IMG/VR virus record: IMGVR_UViG_3300030107_001678
Coordinates: 1-62,449 of that record
Reading direction: 5' to 3' (one strand)
From: a virus
Taxonomy: Duplodnaviria > Caudoviricetes
DNA: 62,449 nucleotides
Below, one piece after another: positions 28,628-38,216 of the stretch. How positions within the stretch are numbered: position 1 is the first letter of the stretch; every line of letters begins with the position of its first letter. The position numbers and the translations under genes were made by a program. The notes beneath the pieces were generated by a model. That model was not told the DNA's origin, did not search any database, and saw only the letters and a list, made by a program, of their open reading frames with translations.

Positions 28628-30268
28628 ATGGATAAAAAATGGTTAGATAGGGGAGCTTGTCCTGAATGTGGATCAAGTGATGGTAATGTAAAACATTCAG
28701 AAGGATATAGCTATTGCTTTGTTTGTAACACGAGGTTTGGAGAGAATATGAAAACAGAAACAGTAATTCCTATGAAGAGGGAGAGTAATATAAAAACTAT
28801 AGGTACTTTAGGTGCGTTGAGTGAACGTAGTATATCAAAAGAAACTGCACAAAAATATAATACTGATGTTAAAGTTAATGGCAACATGAATACACATCAC
28901 ATCTATAAATATTTTGATGAGGGTGGAAATAATATAGGAAATAAAGTACGTAATGTTTCTACTAAAGATATGTGGGTTGAAGGAAGTATGACTGAAGCAT
29001 TATTGTTTGGTCAGAATATCTTTGCTCCTAATGGTAAGTATATTACAATTACTGAAGGTGAAGTAGATGCTATGTCTGCTTATGAATTACTTGGTAGTAA
29101 GTGGGCATGTGTTTCTATTAAGACAGGAGCAGGATCAGCATTACGTGATTGTAAAAAAGCATTTGAATACCTAGATAGTTTTCAGAATATTGTTATATCT
29201 TTTGATATGGACAAGCAAGGAAGAGAAGCAAGTGAAAAGGTTGCACAATTATTTTCACCTAACAAGTGTAAGATTATGCACATGGAATATAAAGATGCGA
29301 ATGAATACTTAAAGATAAGTAAACGTGAGGAGTTTTCAAGAGCATGGTGGAATGCACAACCTTATACTCCTGCAGGTATAGTTAATCTAAAAGATTTGAA
29401 GTCTACTATATTTGAAGAAGAGTATTGTGAGACTTGTTTATATCCTTGGAATAAACTGAATGATAAGACCTATGGTATGAGGACAGGTGAGTTGATTACC
29501 TTTACAAGTGGTGCAGGTATGGGTAAGTCTTCTATTATGAGAGAGTTAATGTATCATATGTTAAAGAATACAAATGATAATGTAGGCATACTTGCATTAG
29601 AAGAGAGTACAAAAAATACTGCATTTAATATCATGTCTGTTGAAGCTAATGCTAGACTATATATTAATGAGATACGTAAGAAGTATAGCCAAGATGAATT
29701 AGATACATGGTTTGATAATACTATGGGTACTGGTAGATTCTTTGCCTTCGATCACTTTGGTTCTATTTCTAATGACGAGATACTTTCACGAGTACGATTC
29801 ATGGCACAAGCATTGGATTGTAAATGGATATTTCTTGACCACTTATCCATCCTTGTATCAGGACAAGATGATGGAGATGAAAGAAAATCTATTGATGTTC
29901 TAATGACAAAGCTACGTTCTCTGGTAGAGCAGACAGGTGTAGGATTGTTATTGGTATCACATCTACGTAGACCTGCAGGTGATACTGGACATGAGAATGG
30001 AAGAGAGGTAACTCTGTCTCACTTGAGAGGTAGTGCGTCTATTGCACATCTATCTGATAGTGTGATTGCTTTAGAAAGAAATCAGCAAGATGAAGATGAT
30101 GTTATTTCTAATACCACAACCATACGAATATTAAAGAATAGATATACAGGTGAGACAGGTATAGCTACACATCTCTTTTATGATAAAGATACTGGTCGTA
30201 TGAAAGAGATTGACAATCCTTACGAAGTAAGTGATAATAACTCTGATGATGAGGAAATACCTTTCTAA
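28628..30268 (+). CDS. T7 gp4-like DNA primase/helicase
   Basis: CPECGSSD..CFVC zinc domain, TEGEVDAM and FDMD TOPRIM, GAGMGKS, FLDHLS, LVSHLRR, LRGS, KNR. Confidence 0.93.
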   Translation: MDKKWLDRGACPECGSSDGNVKHSEGYSYCFVCNTRFGENMKTETVIPMKRESNIKTIGTLGALSERSISKETAQKYNTDVKVNGNMNTHHIYKYFDEGGNNIGNKVRNVSTKDMWVEGSMTEALLFGQNIFAPNGKYITITEGEVDAMSAYELLGSKWACVSIKTGAGSALRDCKKAFEYLDSFQNIVISFDMDKQGREASEKVAQLFSPNKCKIMHMEYKDANEYLKISKREEFSRAWWNAQPYTPAGIVNLKDLKSTIFEEEYCETCLYPWNKLNDKTYGMRTGELITFTSGAGMGKSSIMRELMYHMLKNTNDNVGILALEESTKNTAFNIMSVEANARLYINEIRKKYSQDELDTWFDNTMGTGRFFAFDHFGSISNDEILSRVRFMAQALDCKWIFLDHLSILVSGQDDGDERKSIDVLMTKLRSLVEQTGVGLLLVSHLRRPAGDTGHENGREVTLSHLRGSASIAHLSDSVIALERNQQDEDDVISNTTTIRILKNRYTGETGIATHLFYDKDTGRMKEIDNPYEVSDNNSDDEEIPF

Positions 30269-30531
30269 TGAAATGTTGGCATTGCAATACAGAATTAATA
30301 TGGGGTGGAGACTATGATATTTCAGAAGAGGATAGTGAATATTGTGTAGAAACAAATTTATCTTGTCCTCAATGTGATTCTTTTGTTATGGTTTATCTTC
30401 CTAAAGATAAGATGTGGAAACATGTATGTCCTGTTGAAGAAACAGAAATGGAAATTGGTAAAAGCGAAGAGTGTAATTGGTGTGGTGCAACAGAAGATTG
30501 TGATTGGAAAGACAATGAGAGCAGTAGTTGA
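30268..30531 (+). CDS. Small zinc-ribbon protein
   Basis: CWHC..LIWGGD..LSCPQC..HVC..CNWC. Confidence 0.6.
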   Translation: MKCWHCNTELIWGGDYDISEEDSEYCVETNLSCPQCDSFVMVYLPKDKMWKHVCPVEETEMEIGKSEECNWCGATEDCDWKDNESSS

Positions 30532-32149
30532 TATAGAAACAGATAGTTTAAATCCTACCAAAGTGCATTGTGTTGTGGCTAAAGATGTAGATACAGGTAA
30601 GGTTTATCCTTTTTCTCCTGATATGATACATGGGTTTAGAGATTGGTCACATGGAGTAGATAAATTTATTATGCATAATGGTTTATCTTTTGATGCACCT
30701 ATTCTTAATAAGTTATTAAATACAAATATAAAATCTAGTCAGGTTATAGATACGTTAATACTATCTCAATTATTTAATCCTACTAGAGACAATGGGCATA
30801 GTCTGGAAGCATGGGGAAATAGATTAGCTATGCCTAAAGGAGATGTTGATTCTTTTGAAGTGTACACACCAGACATGTTAGAGTATTGTAAACAAGATGT
30901 CCATATAACACATAAGTTATTCCATGTTTTACAGAACGAGGGCAGAAATTTTTCTAAGTCTTCTATATATCTTGAGCATCAAGTGCGTTTAATTATAGAT
31001 CAACAAGAGAGAAATGGTTTCTATTTAGATATGCAGAAAGCTATGAGTTTATATAATAAATTAAGAGATGAAGCAAATGAATTAGAAAGATGGGCAGTAA
31101 CTACCTTTGATCCTACAGTTGTTGAGTTGAAAACAAAAACAAAATACATACCATTTAATATAGGATCAAGACAACAGATTGCAGAAAGATTAATGGAACT
31201 AGGTTGGAAACCTAATCAACATACAGATAAAGGCAATATAATTATTAACGAAGCTGTATTAGATACTATAGATATGCCTGAAGCAAAAAAGTTTTCACGA
31301 TTTTTTCTTTTACAAAAACGTATAGCACAAATTAAGTCATGGATAGAAGCATGTGATGATACAGATGGTAGAGTACATGGTAGAGTTATGACTCTTAAAA
31401 CTATTACTGGTCGTATGTCTCACCATTCTCCTAACATGGCACAGATACCTGCAGTTCGTTCTCCTTATGGAAAAGAGTGTAGGGATTGTTGGACAGTTGA
31501 TAATCCTTATACTCATTCCATAGTAGGAACTGATGCAAGTGGATTAGAGTTAAGATGTTTAGCACATCTAATGAATGATACTACATTTACAGATATACTA
31601 TTGACTGGAGATATACATACACACAATATGCAAATGGCAGGATTAACTAACAGAGATCAGGCAAAGACATTTATATATGCATTTATGTATGGTGCAGGTG
31701 CATCTAAGATAGGACAGATCGTAGGTGCAGGTGCTAAAGAAGGACAGATATTAATTAATAAGTTCTTATCAAGTATGCCTTCTTTAAAAAGAGTCAGAGA
31801 TTCTGTTACAAAAGCTGCAAATAAAGGTATGATTAAAGGTATTGATGGTAGACTATTACATATACGTAGTCCTCATAGTGCCTTGAATACTTTAATACAA
31901 GGTGCAGGTGCAGTAGTCTGTAAATTATGGTTAATCAATATGATTAAACGTATTAGAAGAACAGGTGTGGATGCTAAACTTGTAGCATCTATACATGATG
32001 AGTATCAGTTTGAAGTTTTAAATAAAGATATTAAAAAGTTTGGACAATTAACAAAGGATGCTATGAAAGATACAGAGATACAGTTACAAATGAAATGTCC
32101 TTTAGATAATGAATGGAAGGTAGGAAAAACATGGGCACAGACACATTAA
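30515..32149 (+). CDS. Family A DNA polymerase (T7-like, 3'-5' exonuclease + polymerase)
   Basis: DIETD, HNGLSFD, DASGLELR, AKTFIYAFMYG, IHDE. Probable start MRAVVD at 30515. Confidence 0.93.
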   Translation: MRAVVDIETDSLNPTKVHCVVAKDVDTGKVYPFSPDMIHGFRDWSHGVDKFIMHNGLSFDAPILNKLLNTNIKSSQVIDTLILSQLFNPTRDNGHSLEAWGNRLAMPKGDVDSFEVYTPDMLEYCKQDVHITHKLFHVLQNEGRNFSKSSIYLEHQVRLIIDQQERNGFYLDMQKAMSLYNKLRDEANELERWAVTTFDPTVVELKTKTKYIPFNIGSRQQIAERLMELGWKPNQHTDKGNIIINEAVLDTIDMPEAKKFSRFFLLQKRIAQIKSWIEACDDTDGRVHGRVMTLKTITGRMSHHSPNMAQIPAVRSPYGKECRDCWTVDNPYTHSIVGTDASGLELRCLAHLMNDTTFTDILLTGDIHTHNMQMAGLTNRDQAKTFIYAFMYGAGASKIGQIVGAGAKEGQILINKFLSSMPSLKRVRDSVTKAANKGMIKGIDGRLLHIRSPHSALNTLIQGAGAVVCKLWLINMIKRIRRTGVDAKLVASIHDEYQFEVLNKDIKKFGQLTKDAMKDTEIQLQMKCPLDNEWKVGKTWAQTH

Positions 32150-32646
32150 ACGAACAGTTAGCACTATTTCCATACAAGAAAGAGATAGTTTATGCTTTGG
32201 AAACAGATACGAGAAAATGTAGAGACTGTAAAGAAACTTTACCATTAACTAACTTTCCAATTAAAAATATTATGAGTAATAATTTAGGAATTTTATCAAA
32301 AGTTTGTTCTAAATGTAGCAACAAAAATACTCTTGAATCATACGTAAGAAGGAAAAAAGTTAAGCTTCCTGATAAAGATTACTGTTGTCCTATATGTTTA
32401 AAGAATGAACAACAATTAAGCAACAACAAAATAGTTGTAGATATTAATACTTATGAAATTACAGATCATAAACATAAAAGAAAGACTCCATGGAGGTTCG
32501 ACCATGACCATAAAACAGGTGAGTTTAGAGGATGGTTATGCAACTCCTGTAATATTTCTTTGGGTATGTTAGGTGATAGTTTAGAATCAGCAAAAAGAAT
32601 AGTAAAATATTTGGAAGGAGACGTTAATGGAAGTTCAGGAGTTTAA
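32113..32646 (+). CDS. Endonuclease VII-like (HNH) protein
   Basis: CPIC..DHDHKTGEFRGWLCNSCNISLG. Confidence 0.8.
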   Translation: MEGRKNMGTDTLNEQLALFPYKKEIVYALETDTRKCRDCKETLPLTNFPIKNIMSNNLGILSKVCSKCSNKNTLESYVRRKKVKLPDKDYCCPICLKNEQQLSNNKIVVDINTYEITDHKHKRKTPWRFDHDHKTGEFRGWLCNSCNISLGMLGDSLESAKRIVKYLEGDVNGSSGV

Positions 32647-33169
32647 AGGTAGAAAAGATCACGTTGCTTATATCAAACGTGGTATAGCAGTAGAAAATTA
32701 TTTTGTTAAAGAAGCAAAGAAACGAAAGTATGATATTGTAATTGCTTCTGAAGAACAAAATATTAAAGAGCATATAGATTTAGTGTTACAAAAAAAAGGA
32801 AAGGAGTTTAGTGTTGATGTAAAAGCAATAAGGACAGGGAATAAAAGTAGAGTACCTGATGATACTTGGATTGTTGTAGAATTTTTGAATACTATGGGTA
32901 ATAAAGGTTGGCTTTATGGTAGTGCTGATTACATAGTGTTTGAAAGAATAAAAGATTTTGTATTTTGTAGTACAAAAGAATTAGTAGACTTAGCACATAA
33001 ACTTGTTGATAGAAATGATAGAGTTTTTAGTTATAAGGATGCTGAATATAAAGTTTGGGGTAGGTTATATCAGGGAAAGAAAGATCTAATATCAAGAATG
33101 GAAATGTCTAAGATATTAGAATTAAAAAATACTTTTATATGGAAAAAAACTGTTGACATTTCTGATTAG
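32627..33169 (+). CDS. PD-(D/E)xK-like nuclease fold protein
   Basis: HIDL..VDVKA..VEF..GWLYGSADYIVFE. Confidence 0.55.
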   Translation: MEVQEFKGRKDHVAYIKRGIAVENYFVKEAKKRKYDIVIASEEQNIKEHIDLVLQKKGKEFSVDVKAIRTGNKSRVPDDTWIVVEFLNTMGNKGWLYGSADYIVFERIKDFVFCSTKELVDLAHKLVDRNDRVFSYKDAEYKVWGRLYQGKKDLISRMEMSKILELKNTFIWKKTVDISD

Positions 33170-33181
33170 ATGTGTCATAAT
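33153..33181 (+). promoter_or_regulatory. Sigma70-like promoter for ssb
   Basis: TTGACA-17 nt-CATAAT. Confidence 0.65.
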
Positions 33182-33213
33182 TACTTTATTAATAATAAGA
33201 AAGGAGTACACCT

Positions 33214-33699
33214 ATGAGTGTCGTTAAAGGAAATGCTTATTGGGCAAGCATAACAAGTCCAAACACTACATTTGATTCAGATGGAGTGTGGTCTATTGAC
33301 GTAGGTAATCTTGATAAAAAGAATATAGAGATTGCTAAAGCTGATGGTCTTTCTATTAAGAACAAGGGAGATGATCGTGGAGATTTTGTTACTGTTAAAA
33401 GAAAAGTAAGACGTAAAGATGGTAACATGAATAAAGCACCTGAAGTTGTGGATGCACAGAAACGCAACATGATAGGTACATTAATTGGTAATGGTTCAGA
33501 AGTCAATGTGCTCTATACCACATATGAGTGGGAATTTAAAGGTCGTTCTGGAATATCTGCTGATCTTCGTGCAGTACAGGTAACTAACTTAGTACCTTAT
33601 AATGTAGATGCTGATGCAGATGAAGCTTTTGAAGTAGTAGCTGATGGCTTTGTAAGTAATGAAGCTGATGAAGAAATACCTTTAGCAGCTACATCTTAA
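33214..33699 (+). CDS. Single-stranded DNA-binding protein (T7 gp2.5-like)
   Basis: IGNGSEVNV..LRAVQV..LVPY and an acidic C-terminal tail. Confidence 0.75.
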   Translation: MSVVKGNAYWASITSPNTTFDSDGVWSIDVGNLDKKNIEIAKADGLSIKNKGDDRGDFVTVKRKVRRKDGNMNKAPEVVDAQKRNMIGTLIGNGSEVNVLYTTYEWEFKGRSGISADLRAVQVTNLVPYNVDADADEAFEVVADGFVSNEADEEIPLAATS

Positions 33700-33713
33700 C
33701 CAACCAAGAAAGG

Positions 33714-33747
33714 ATGGAGAGGTGCTACTGAACGAGTATCTCTCCAT
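33714..33747 (+). terminator. Stem-loop after ssb
   Basis: ATGGAGAGGTGCT...AGTATCTCTCCAT. Confidence 0.55.
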
Positions 33748-33755
33748 TATTTATT

Positions 33756-34619
33756 ATGAAAACAATAGATACTTTAGTGAAAGATATATATGGTTTATTT
33801 GATCCTCTTGTAGAGGTAGATTTAAATGACAAAGAAATAGATGAGCATTTAGATTCTTTTACAAGAAGTGTCAAAGAAACATTACGAATGTTTTTAAAAG
33901 AGAAACCTGTACAGAAACGTAACCTAAGACTATCTGCTATAGGTAAACCTACGAGACAGTTATGGTATGATAAACATTCTAAAGATGAACCTAAACCTTT
34001 AGAACCTAGTACAAGAATTAAGTTTTTATATGGACATTTATTAGAAGACTTATTAATATTATTCTGTAGACTAGCAGGACATACAGTAACTGATCAACAA
34101 AAACAAATTGATGTTAATGGAATAAAAGGACATCAAGATTGTATGATTGATGGTGTTCTTGTTGATTGTAAGAGTGCATCAGGTAGAAGTTTTGAAAAGT
34201 TTTCTAAAAGAACTTTATATTCTAATGATCCTTTTGGTTATATCGCACAGATCTCTGCTTATGCTGAAGGCAATGGTGTAGATGAAGCTGCTTTTCTTGC
34301 TATAGATAAACAACATGGAGACATTTGTTTGACTCCTGTTCACTCGTTGGAAATGATTAATGCTAAAGAAAGAATTGATTATCTTAAAGGAGTTATGGAA
34401 CAAGATACTCCTCCTGATAGGTGTTATGATGATTTGCCTGATGGAGTTAGTGGTAATCGTAAGCTTGGTATTAGTTGCTTGTATTGTACACATAAACGTA
34501 CTTGTTGGAGTGATGCTAATCAAGGTAAAGGATTGCGTGTGTTTCAGTATGCAAAAGGTTATAGGTTTCTTACGAATGTTGCTAAAGAACCTAACGTAGA
34601 TGAGGTTTTAGATTGGTAA
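33756..34619 (+). CDS. PD-(D/E)xK (Cas4-like) exonuclease
   Basis: LRLSAIGKP, GHQD..DCKS, QISAY, CLYC..C. Confidence 0.75.
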   Translation: MKTIDTLVKDIYGLFDPLVEVDLNDKEIDEHLDSFTRSVKETLRMFLKEKPVQKRNLRLSAIGKPTRQLWYDKHSKDEPKPLEPSTRIKFLYGHLLEDLLILFCRLAGHTVTDQQKQIDVNGIKGHQDCMIDGVLVDCKSASGRSFEKFSKRTLYSNDPFGYIAQISAYAEGNGVDEAAFLAIDKQHGDICLTPVHSLEMINAKERIDYLKGVMEQDTPPDRCYDDLPDGVSGNRKLGISCLYCTHKRTCWSDANQGKGLRVFQYAKGYRFLTNVAKEPNVDEVLDW

Positions 34620-35044
34620 AAAATCATTGGGTAGATTTAAGAACAGGTAAATCTTTTGTTCCTGATCTTGAACAGTTTGGTTTTGTTTATATTATTACTA
34701 ACGTGAAGACAGAAAAAAAATATATAGGATGTAAACAATATTTAATTGGTAAGTCTAAAAGAAAATCAAGATGGCAATCTTATATAGGTTCTTCAAAATA
34801 TTTAAAGGAAGATATAAAAAAATTAGGTAAGAAAAATTTTAAGTTTGAAGTGATTGATGAATTTAAAAACAAAAGAAGTTTAAAATATTATGAGTTAGCT
34901 TATCAAGTACAACATAATGTTTTAACTTCTTGTGTTGAAGGTTCAGATAATCATAAGTATTATAATAATTATATAGGTGGTAAATTTTTTAGACCTGTAG
35001 AAAGAAAGGAGGTAAAAGATGTCAATAAAAAAGTCCATGTATGA
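34613..35044 (+). CDS. GIY-YIG (Seg-like) endonuclease
   Basis: GFVYIITN..KKYIGCK..YIGSS..F.FEVI..E..YYN. Confidence 0.78.
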   Translation: MVKNHWVDLRTGKSFVPDLEQFGFVYIITNVKTEKKYIGCKQYLIGKSKRKSRWQSYIGSSKYLKEDIKKLGKKNFKFEVIDEFKNKRSLKYYELAYQVQHNVLTSCVEGSDNHKYYNNYIGGKFFRPVERKEVKDVNKKVHV

Positions 35045-35249
35045 ATCAGCTTTATCTGAGTTTGAATCTCAAAGAGATAAAGCTATAGCTACTGCACGTA
35101 TATACTTGGAACATCCTGTTGGTATAGGAGAACATCCCCAAGTTATTGATGAATTTATTAAACAAATTAAATTAGCTGCTGAAAATGAAGAAGCTATTTA
35201 TATGTTGCAAAATACATTTCAAGATGAGATAAGTCCAAAAGAAGAATAA
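35019..35249 (+). CDS. Conserved phage protein (PVGIGEH motif)
   Basis: IYLEHPVGIGEHP. Confidence 0.6.
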   Translation: MSIKKSMYESALSEFESQRDKAIATARIYLEHPVGIGEHPQVIDEFIKQIKLAAENEEAIYMLQNTFQDEISPKEE

Positions 35250-35252
35250 TAA

Positions 35253-35594
35253 ATGGAATACGACTACTTTAGTATAACATTGGATGTGTCTGCTAATACA
35301 AAAGAACATCCTGAAAAAGTTTTATTTTTATCTGTTATACTACAAGCATTGTTAGATGCTACTAAAACAAAAAGTAAAGTTGAATCTTCTCAAACAAGTG
35401 TTGAGAGAGAGAGGGCACGTGCATGGTTTTTCTGTAGTGTTGGTGTAACGTGTGAAAATTTTGAAAATGTATGTCAGAATGCAGGACTTGATCCTTCTTA
35501 TACAAGAAGTTTTGCATATGAAGTAATTAACTCAAAGGAAATAGGATATGTCAGACAAAAAATTAAAAGAGTCTTGGATAAATCAAGAAGATAG
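35253..35594 (+). CDS. Conserved phage hypothetical protein
   Basis: LFLSVILQALLDA..ARAWF..FENVC..AGLDP. Confidence 0.6.
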   Translation: MEYDYFSITLDVSANTKEHPEKVLFLSVILQALLDATKTKSKVESSQTSVERERARAWFFCSVGVTCENFENVCQNAGLDPSYTRSFAYEVINSKEIGYVRQKIKRVLDKSRR

Positions 35595-35934
35595 AGGGTG
35601 GTCAACAGAAAGTTATAAAAACTATATGAAGAGAAGAAATCAAGAAGAGAAAGCATTACAAAAAGGCACATATGAATATGAATATTTAACACATGATGAA
35701 ATGATTCGTGATTCTGTAAAAGCTACGAGTAAACAAATAGGTGGAAACCATTATAAAGATTGTAAGATTATGCCTATTGAATATATTGTTAAAAATAATC
35801 TTGACTTCTTAGAAGGTAATGTGGTAAAATATATAACTCGCCATAAATTAAAAGGTGGTCAAGAAGATATAGAAAAAGTAATTCATTATGCAGAATTAAT
35901 ATTAGAACTAAAGTATGGAAAGGAAAATAGATGA
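35548..35934 (+). CDS. DUF3310 family protein
   Basis: QIGGNHY..PIEYI..GNVVKYITR..EDIEK. Confidence 0.8.
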   Translation: MSDKKLKESWINQEDRGWSTESYKNYMKRRNQEEKALQKGTYEYEYLTHDEMIRDSVKATSKQIGGNHYKDCKIMPIEYIVKNNLDFLEGNVVKYITRHKLKGGQEDIEKVIHYAELILELKYGKENR

Positions 35935-37856
35935 CAATAAATAATTATTTACCTACAGAATATCAATCATTTATACATATGTCTAGGTATTCAAGATGGT
36001 TAGAAGAAAAAGGTAGAAGAGAAACATGGACTGAAACTGCAGGTAGATTAATATCTTATTTTAAAAATCATATAGATACGAATTATAAAGGTGTGCTTAA
36101 AAATAAAGAATGGAATGAATTAGAAGAAGGTATATTATCTTTACAAGTTATGCCTAGCATGAGAGCTTTAATGACTGCAGGTGGAGCATTAGATAGAGAG
36201 AATGTTGCTGCTTATAATTGTTCTTATATTCCTATTGATAGTCCAAAAGCATTTGATGAAGTGTTATATATACTTATGAATGGTACAGGTGTAGGTTTTT
36301 CTGTTGAAAGACAGTATGCTGACAAGCTTCCCACTATACCTGATCAAGAGTTTGAACATACAGATGATGTTATTTCTGTTGCTGATTCTAAAGAAGGATG
36401 GGCAAGAGCATTCAGAGATCTTATTTCTTTTTTATATACTGCTCGTATACCTAAGATAAGTGTAACAAAAGTAAGACCTGCAGGTGCAAGACTTAAAACA
36501 TTTGGTGGTAGAGCTAGTGGACCACAACCTTTAGTTGATCTATTTGATTTTACTATTAGTAAGTTTACAGGTGCACGAGGTAGAAAGCTTTCCTCTATGG
36601 AGTGCCATGATATTGTATGTAAGACAGGTGAAGTTGTAGTGGTTGGTGGTGTTAGAAGATCAGCTCTTATATCTTTATCTAATCTTTCTGATCAACGTAT
36701 TCGTGGTGCTAAGATGGGTGAATGGTGGAATGATAATCCACAAAGAGCATTGGCTAATAACTCTGTTGCTTATACAGAGAAACCAGATGTAGGAATCTTT
36801 ATGAAAGAATGGTTGTCTTTATATGAAAGTAAATCAGGTGAAAGAGGTATCTTTAATAGACAATCTGCTCAAGCTAAAGCTAGTGAGAATGGTAGACGAG
36901 ATGCATCATGGGATTTTGGTACTAATCCTTGTAGTGAAATTATATTAAGACCTAATCAATTCTGTAACTTAACAGAGGTTGTGTGTCGTTCTACTGATAC
37001 ATTAAATACTCTTAAAGCAAAAGTACGATTAGCTACTATACTAGGTACAATACAATCAACCTTTACAAACTTTGGTTATCTTCGTAAAAGGTGGCAGAAT
37101 AATACAGAAGAAGAAAGACTACTAGGTGTATCTCTTACAGGCATTATGGATTGTTCTGAATTAAATAATCTTGATGGATTAAAAATTAAATTAGAAATAT
37201 TAAAACAACATGCAATAGATACAAATAAAGAACTTGCTAAAAAATTAGGCATACCTCAATCAACTGCCATTACTTGTGTGAAACCTTCAGGTACTGTTAG
37301 TCAATTAGTTGATAGTGCTAGTGGTATACATGCTAGACATAATCCTTACTACATACGAACAGTAAGAGGTGATAATAAAGATCCATTGACAGAGTTTATG
37401 AAAGCATCTGGCATTCCTAACGAACCAGATTATTTAAAACCAGAACATACAACTGTATTTTCATTTCCTATGATGGCTCCTAAAGGTTCAGTATGTCGTA
37501 AAGATATGTCTGCTCTTGAGCAATTAGAGATATGGAAATGTTATGCACAACATTGGTGCGAACATAAACCTTCTGTAACTATTAGTGTTAAGGAAGATGA
37601 GTGGATTCCTGTAGGTGCATGGTGTTGGGAAAATTTTGAGCATGTAAGTGGTATATCTTTCTTACCTTTTTCTGACCATACATATCAACAAGCACCTTAT
37701 CAAGATATAACTGAGAAAGTATATAAACAATTAGAAAAAGGTATGCCAAAAAATATTGATTGGAATAAACTTCAAGATTTTGAGAAAGAAGATAATACAA
37801 AAGGATCACAACAACTTGCATGTACTGCAGGTGTATGTGAGTTGGTAGACATATAA
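35931..37856 (+). CDS. nrdJ: Class II (B12-dependent) ribonucleotide reductase
   Basis: YNCS, GTGVGFS, GGVRRSALI, TNPCSEI, CNLTE, TCVKPSGT, C-terminal CTAGVC; no beta subunit nearby. Confidence 0.88.
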   Translation: MTINNYLPTEYQSFIHMSRYSRWLEEKGRRETWTETAGRLISYFKNHIDTNYKGVLKNKEWNELEEGILSLQVMPSMRALMTAGGALDRENVAAYNCSYIPIDSPKAFDEVLYILMNGTGVGFSVERQYADKLPTIPDQEFEHTDDVISVADSKEGWARAFRDLISFLYTARIPKISVTKVRPAGARLKTFGGRASGPQPLVDLFDFTISKFTGARGRKLSSMECHDIVCKTGEVVVVGGVRRSALISLSNLSDQRIRGAKMGEWWNDNPQRALANNSVAYTEKPDVGIFMKEWLSLYESKSGERGIFNRQSAQAKASENGRRDASWDFGTNPCSEIILRPNQFCNLTEVVCRSTDTLNTLKAKVRLATILGTIQSTFTNFGYLRKRWQNNTEEERLLGVSLTGIMDCSELNNLDGLKIKLEILKQHAIDTNKELAKKLGIPQSTAITCVKPSGTVSQLVDSASGIHARHNPYYIRTVRGDNKDPLTEFMKASGIPNEPDYLKPEHTTVFSFPMMAPKGSVCRKDMSALEQLEIWKCYAQHWCEHKPSVTISVKEDEWIPVGAWCWENFEHVSGISFLPFSDHTYQQAPYQDITEKVYKQLEKGMPKNIDWNKLQDFEKEDNTKGSQQLACTAGVCELVDI

Positions 37857-38122
37857 TTAGTTCACCTTGTGTTGGTGTATGTACACTAGAGAATGATGTT
37901 TGTATTGGTTGTTTTAGAACAAGTAAACAAATAGCTGATTGGGCATTTTATAATGATAAAGAAAGAGAAAAGATAATGAAAGAAACTAAACCTGCATTAG
38001 CTACAGCAGATGCTGCATTAATTAAAAAAGTAATAACATATTATCTTAATAATATTTTTCCAGTTGATAAAGAAGAGCAAGAAAAACTAATGAATATTTT
38101 TCATAGGTTAGGTAGACTATAA
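37853..38122 (+). CDS. DUF1289-like Cys domain fused in frame to a small helical protein
   Basis: Not in ORF track: IISSPCVGVCTLENDVCIGCFRT..IADW...FHRLGRL; begins at ATA overlapping the nrdJ stop; internal ATG at 37976. Confidence 0.6.
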   Translation: MISSPCVGVCTLENDVCIGCFRTSKQIADWAFYNDKEREKIMKETKPALATADAALIKKVITYYLNNIFPVDKEEQEKLMNIFHRLGRL

Positions 38123-38130
38123 AAAAATGC

Positions 38131-38159
38131 TTGACTTTTATAGTAAAGTGTGTCATAAT
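38131..38159 (+). promoter_or_regulatory. Sigma70-like promoter for hsp20
   Basis: TTGACT-17 nt-CATAAT. Confidence 0.65.
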
Positions 38160-38166
38160 ATACAAT

Positions 38167-38216
38167 ATAGAATGCCATATTGGGTTCTATAACTCGCTTA
38201 ATGAAAGGAGAAAAGC
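38167..38216 (+). promoter_or_regulatory. ROSE-like RNA thermometer in hsp20 5' UTR
   Basis: 5' hairpin ATAGAA..TTCTAT, then CTCGCTT pairing with SD AAGGAG with a bulged G. Confidence 0.65.

Noticed and set aside
30374-30514. N-terminal extension of the DNA polymerase
   Set aside because: It overlaps the zinc-ribbon gene; the exonuclease motif begins right after the ATG at 30515.
33700-33755. tRNA or structured ncRNA
   Set aside because: Only one hairpin; no cloverleaf or T-loop consensus.
30515-37856. Introns or inteins in pol or nrdJ linked to the HNH and GIY-YIG genes
   Set aside because: Both genes are continuous and of compact length; the endonucleases are free-standing.
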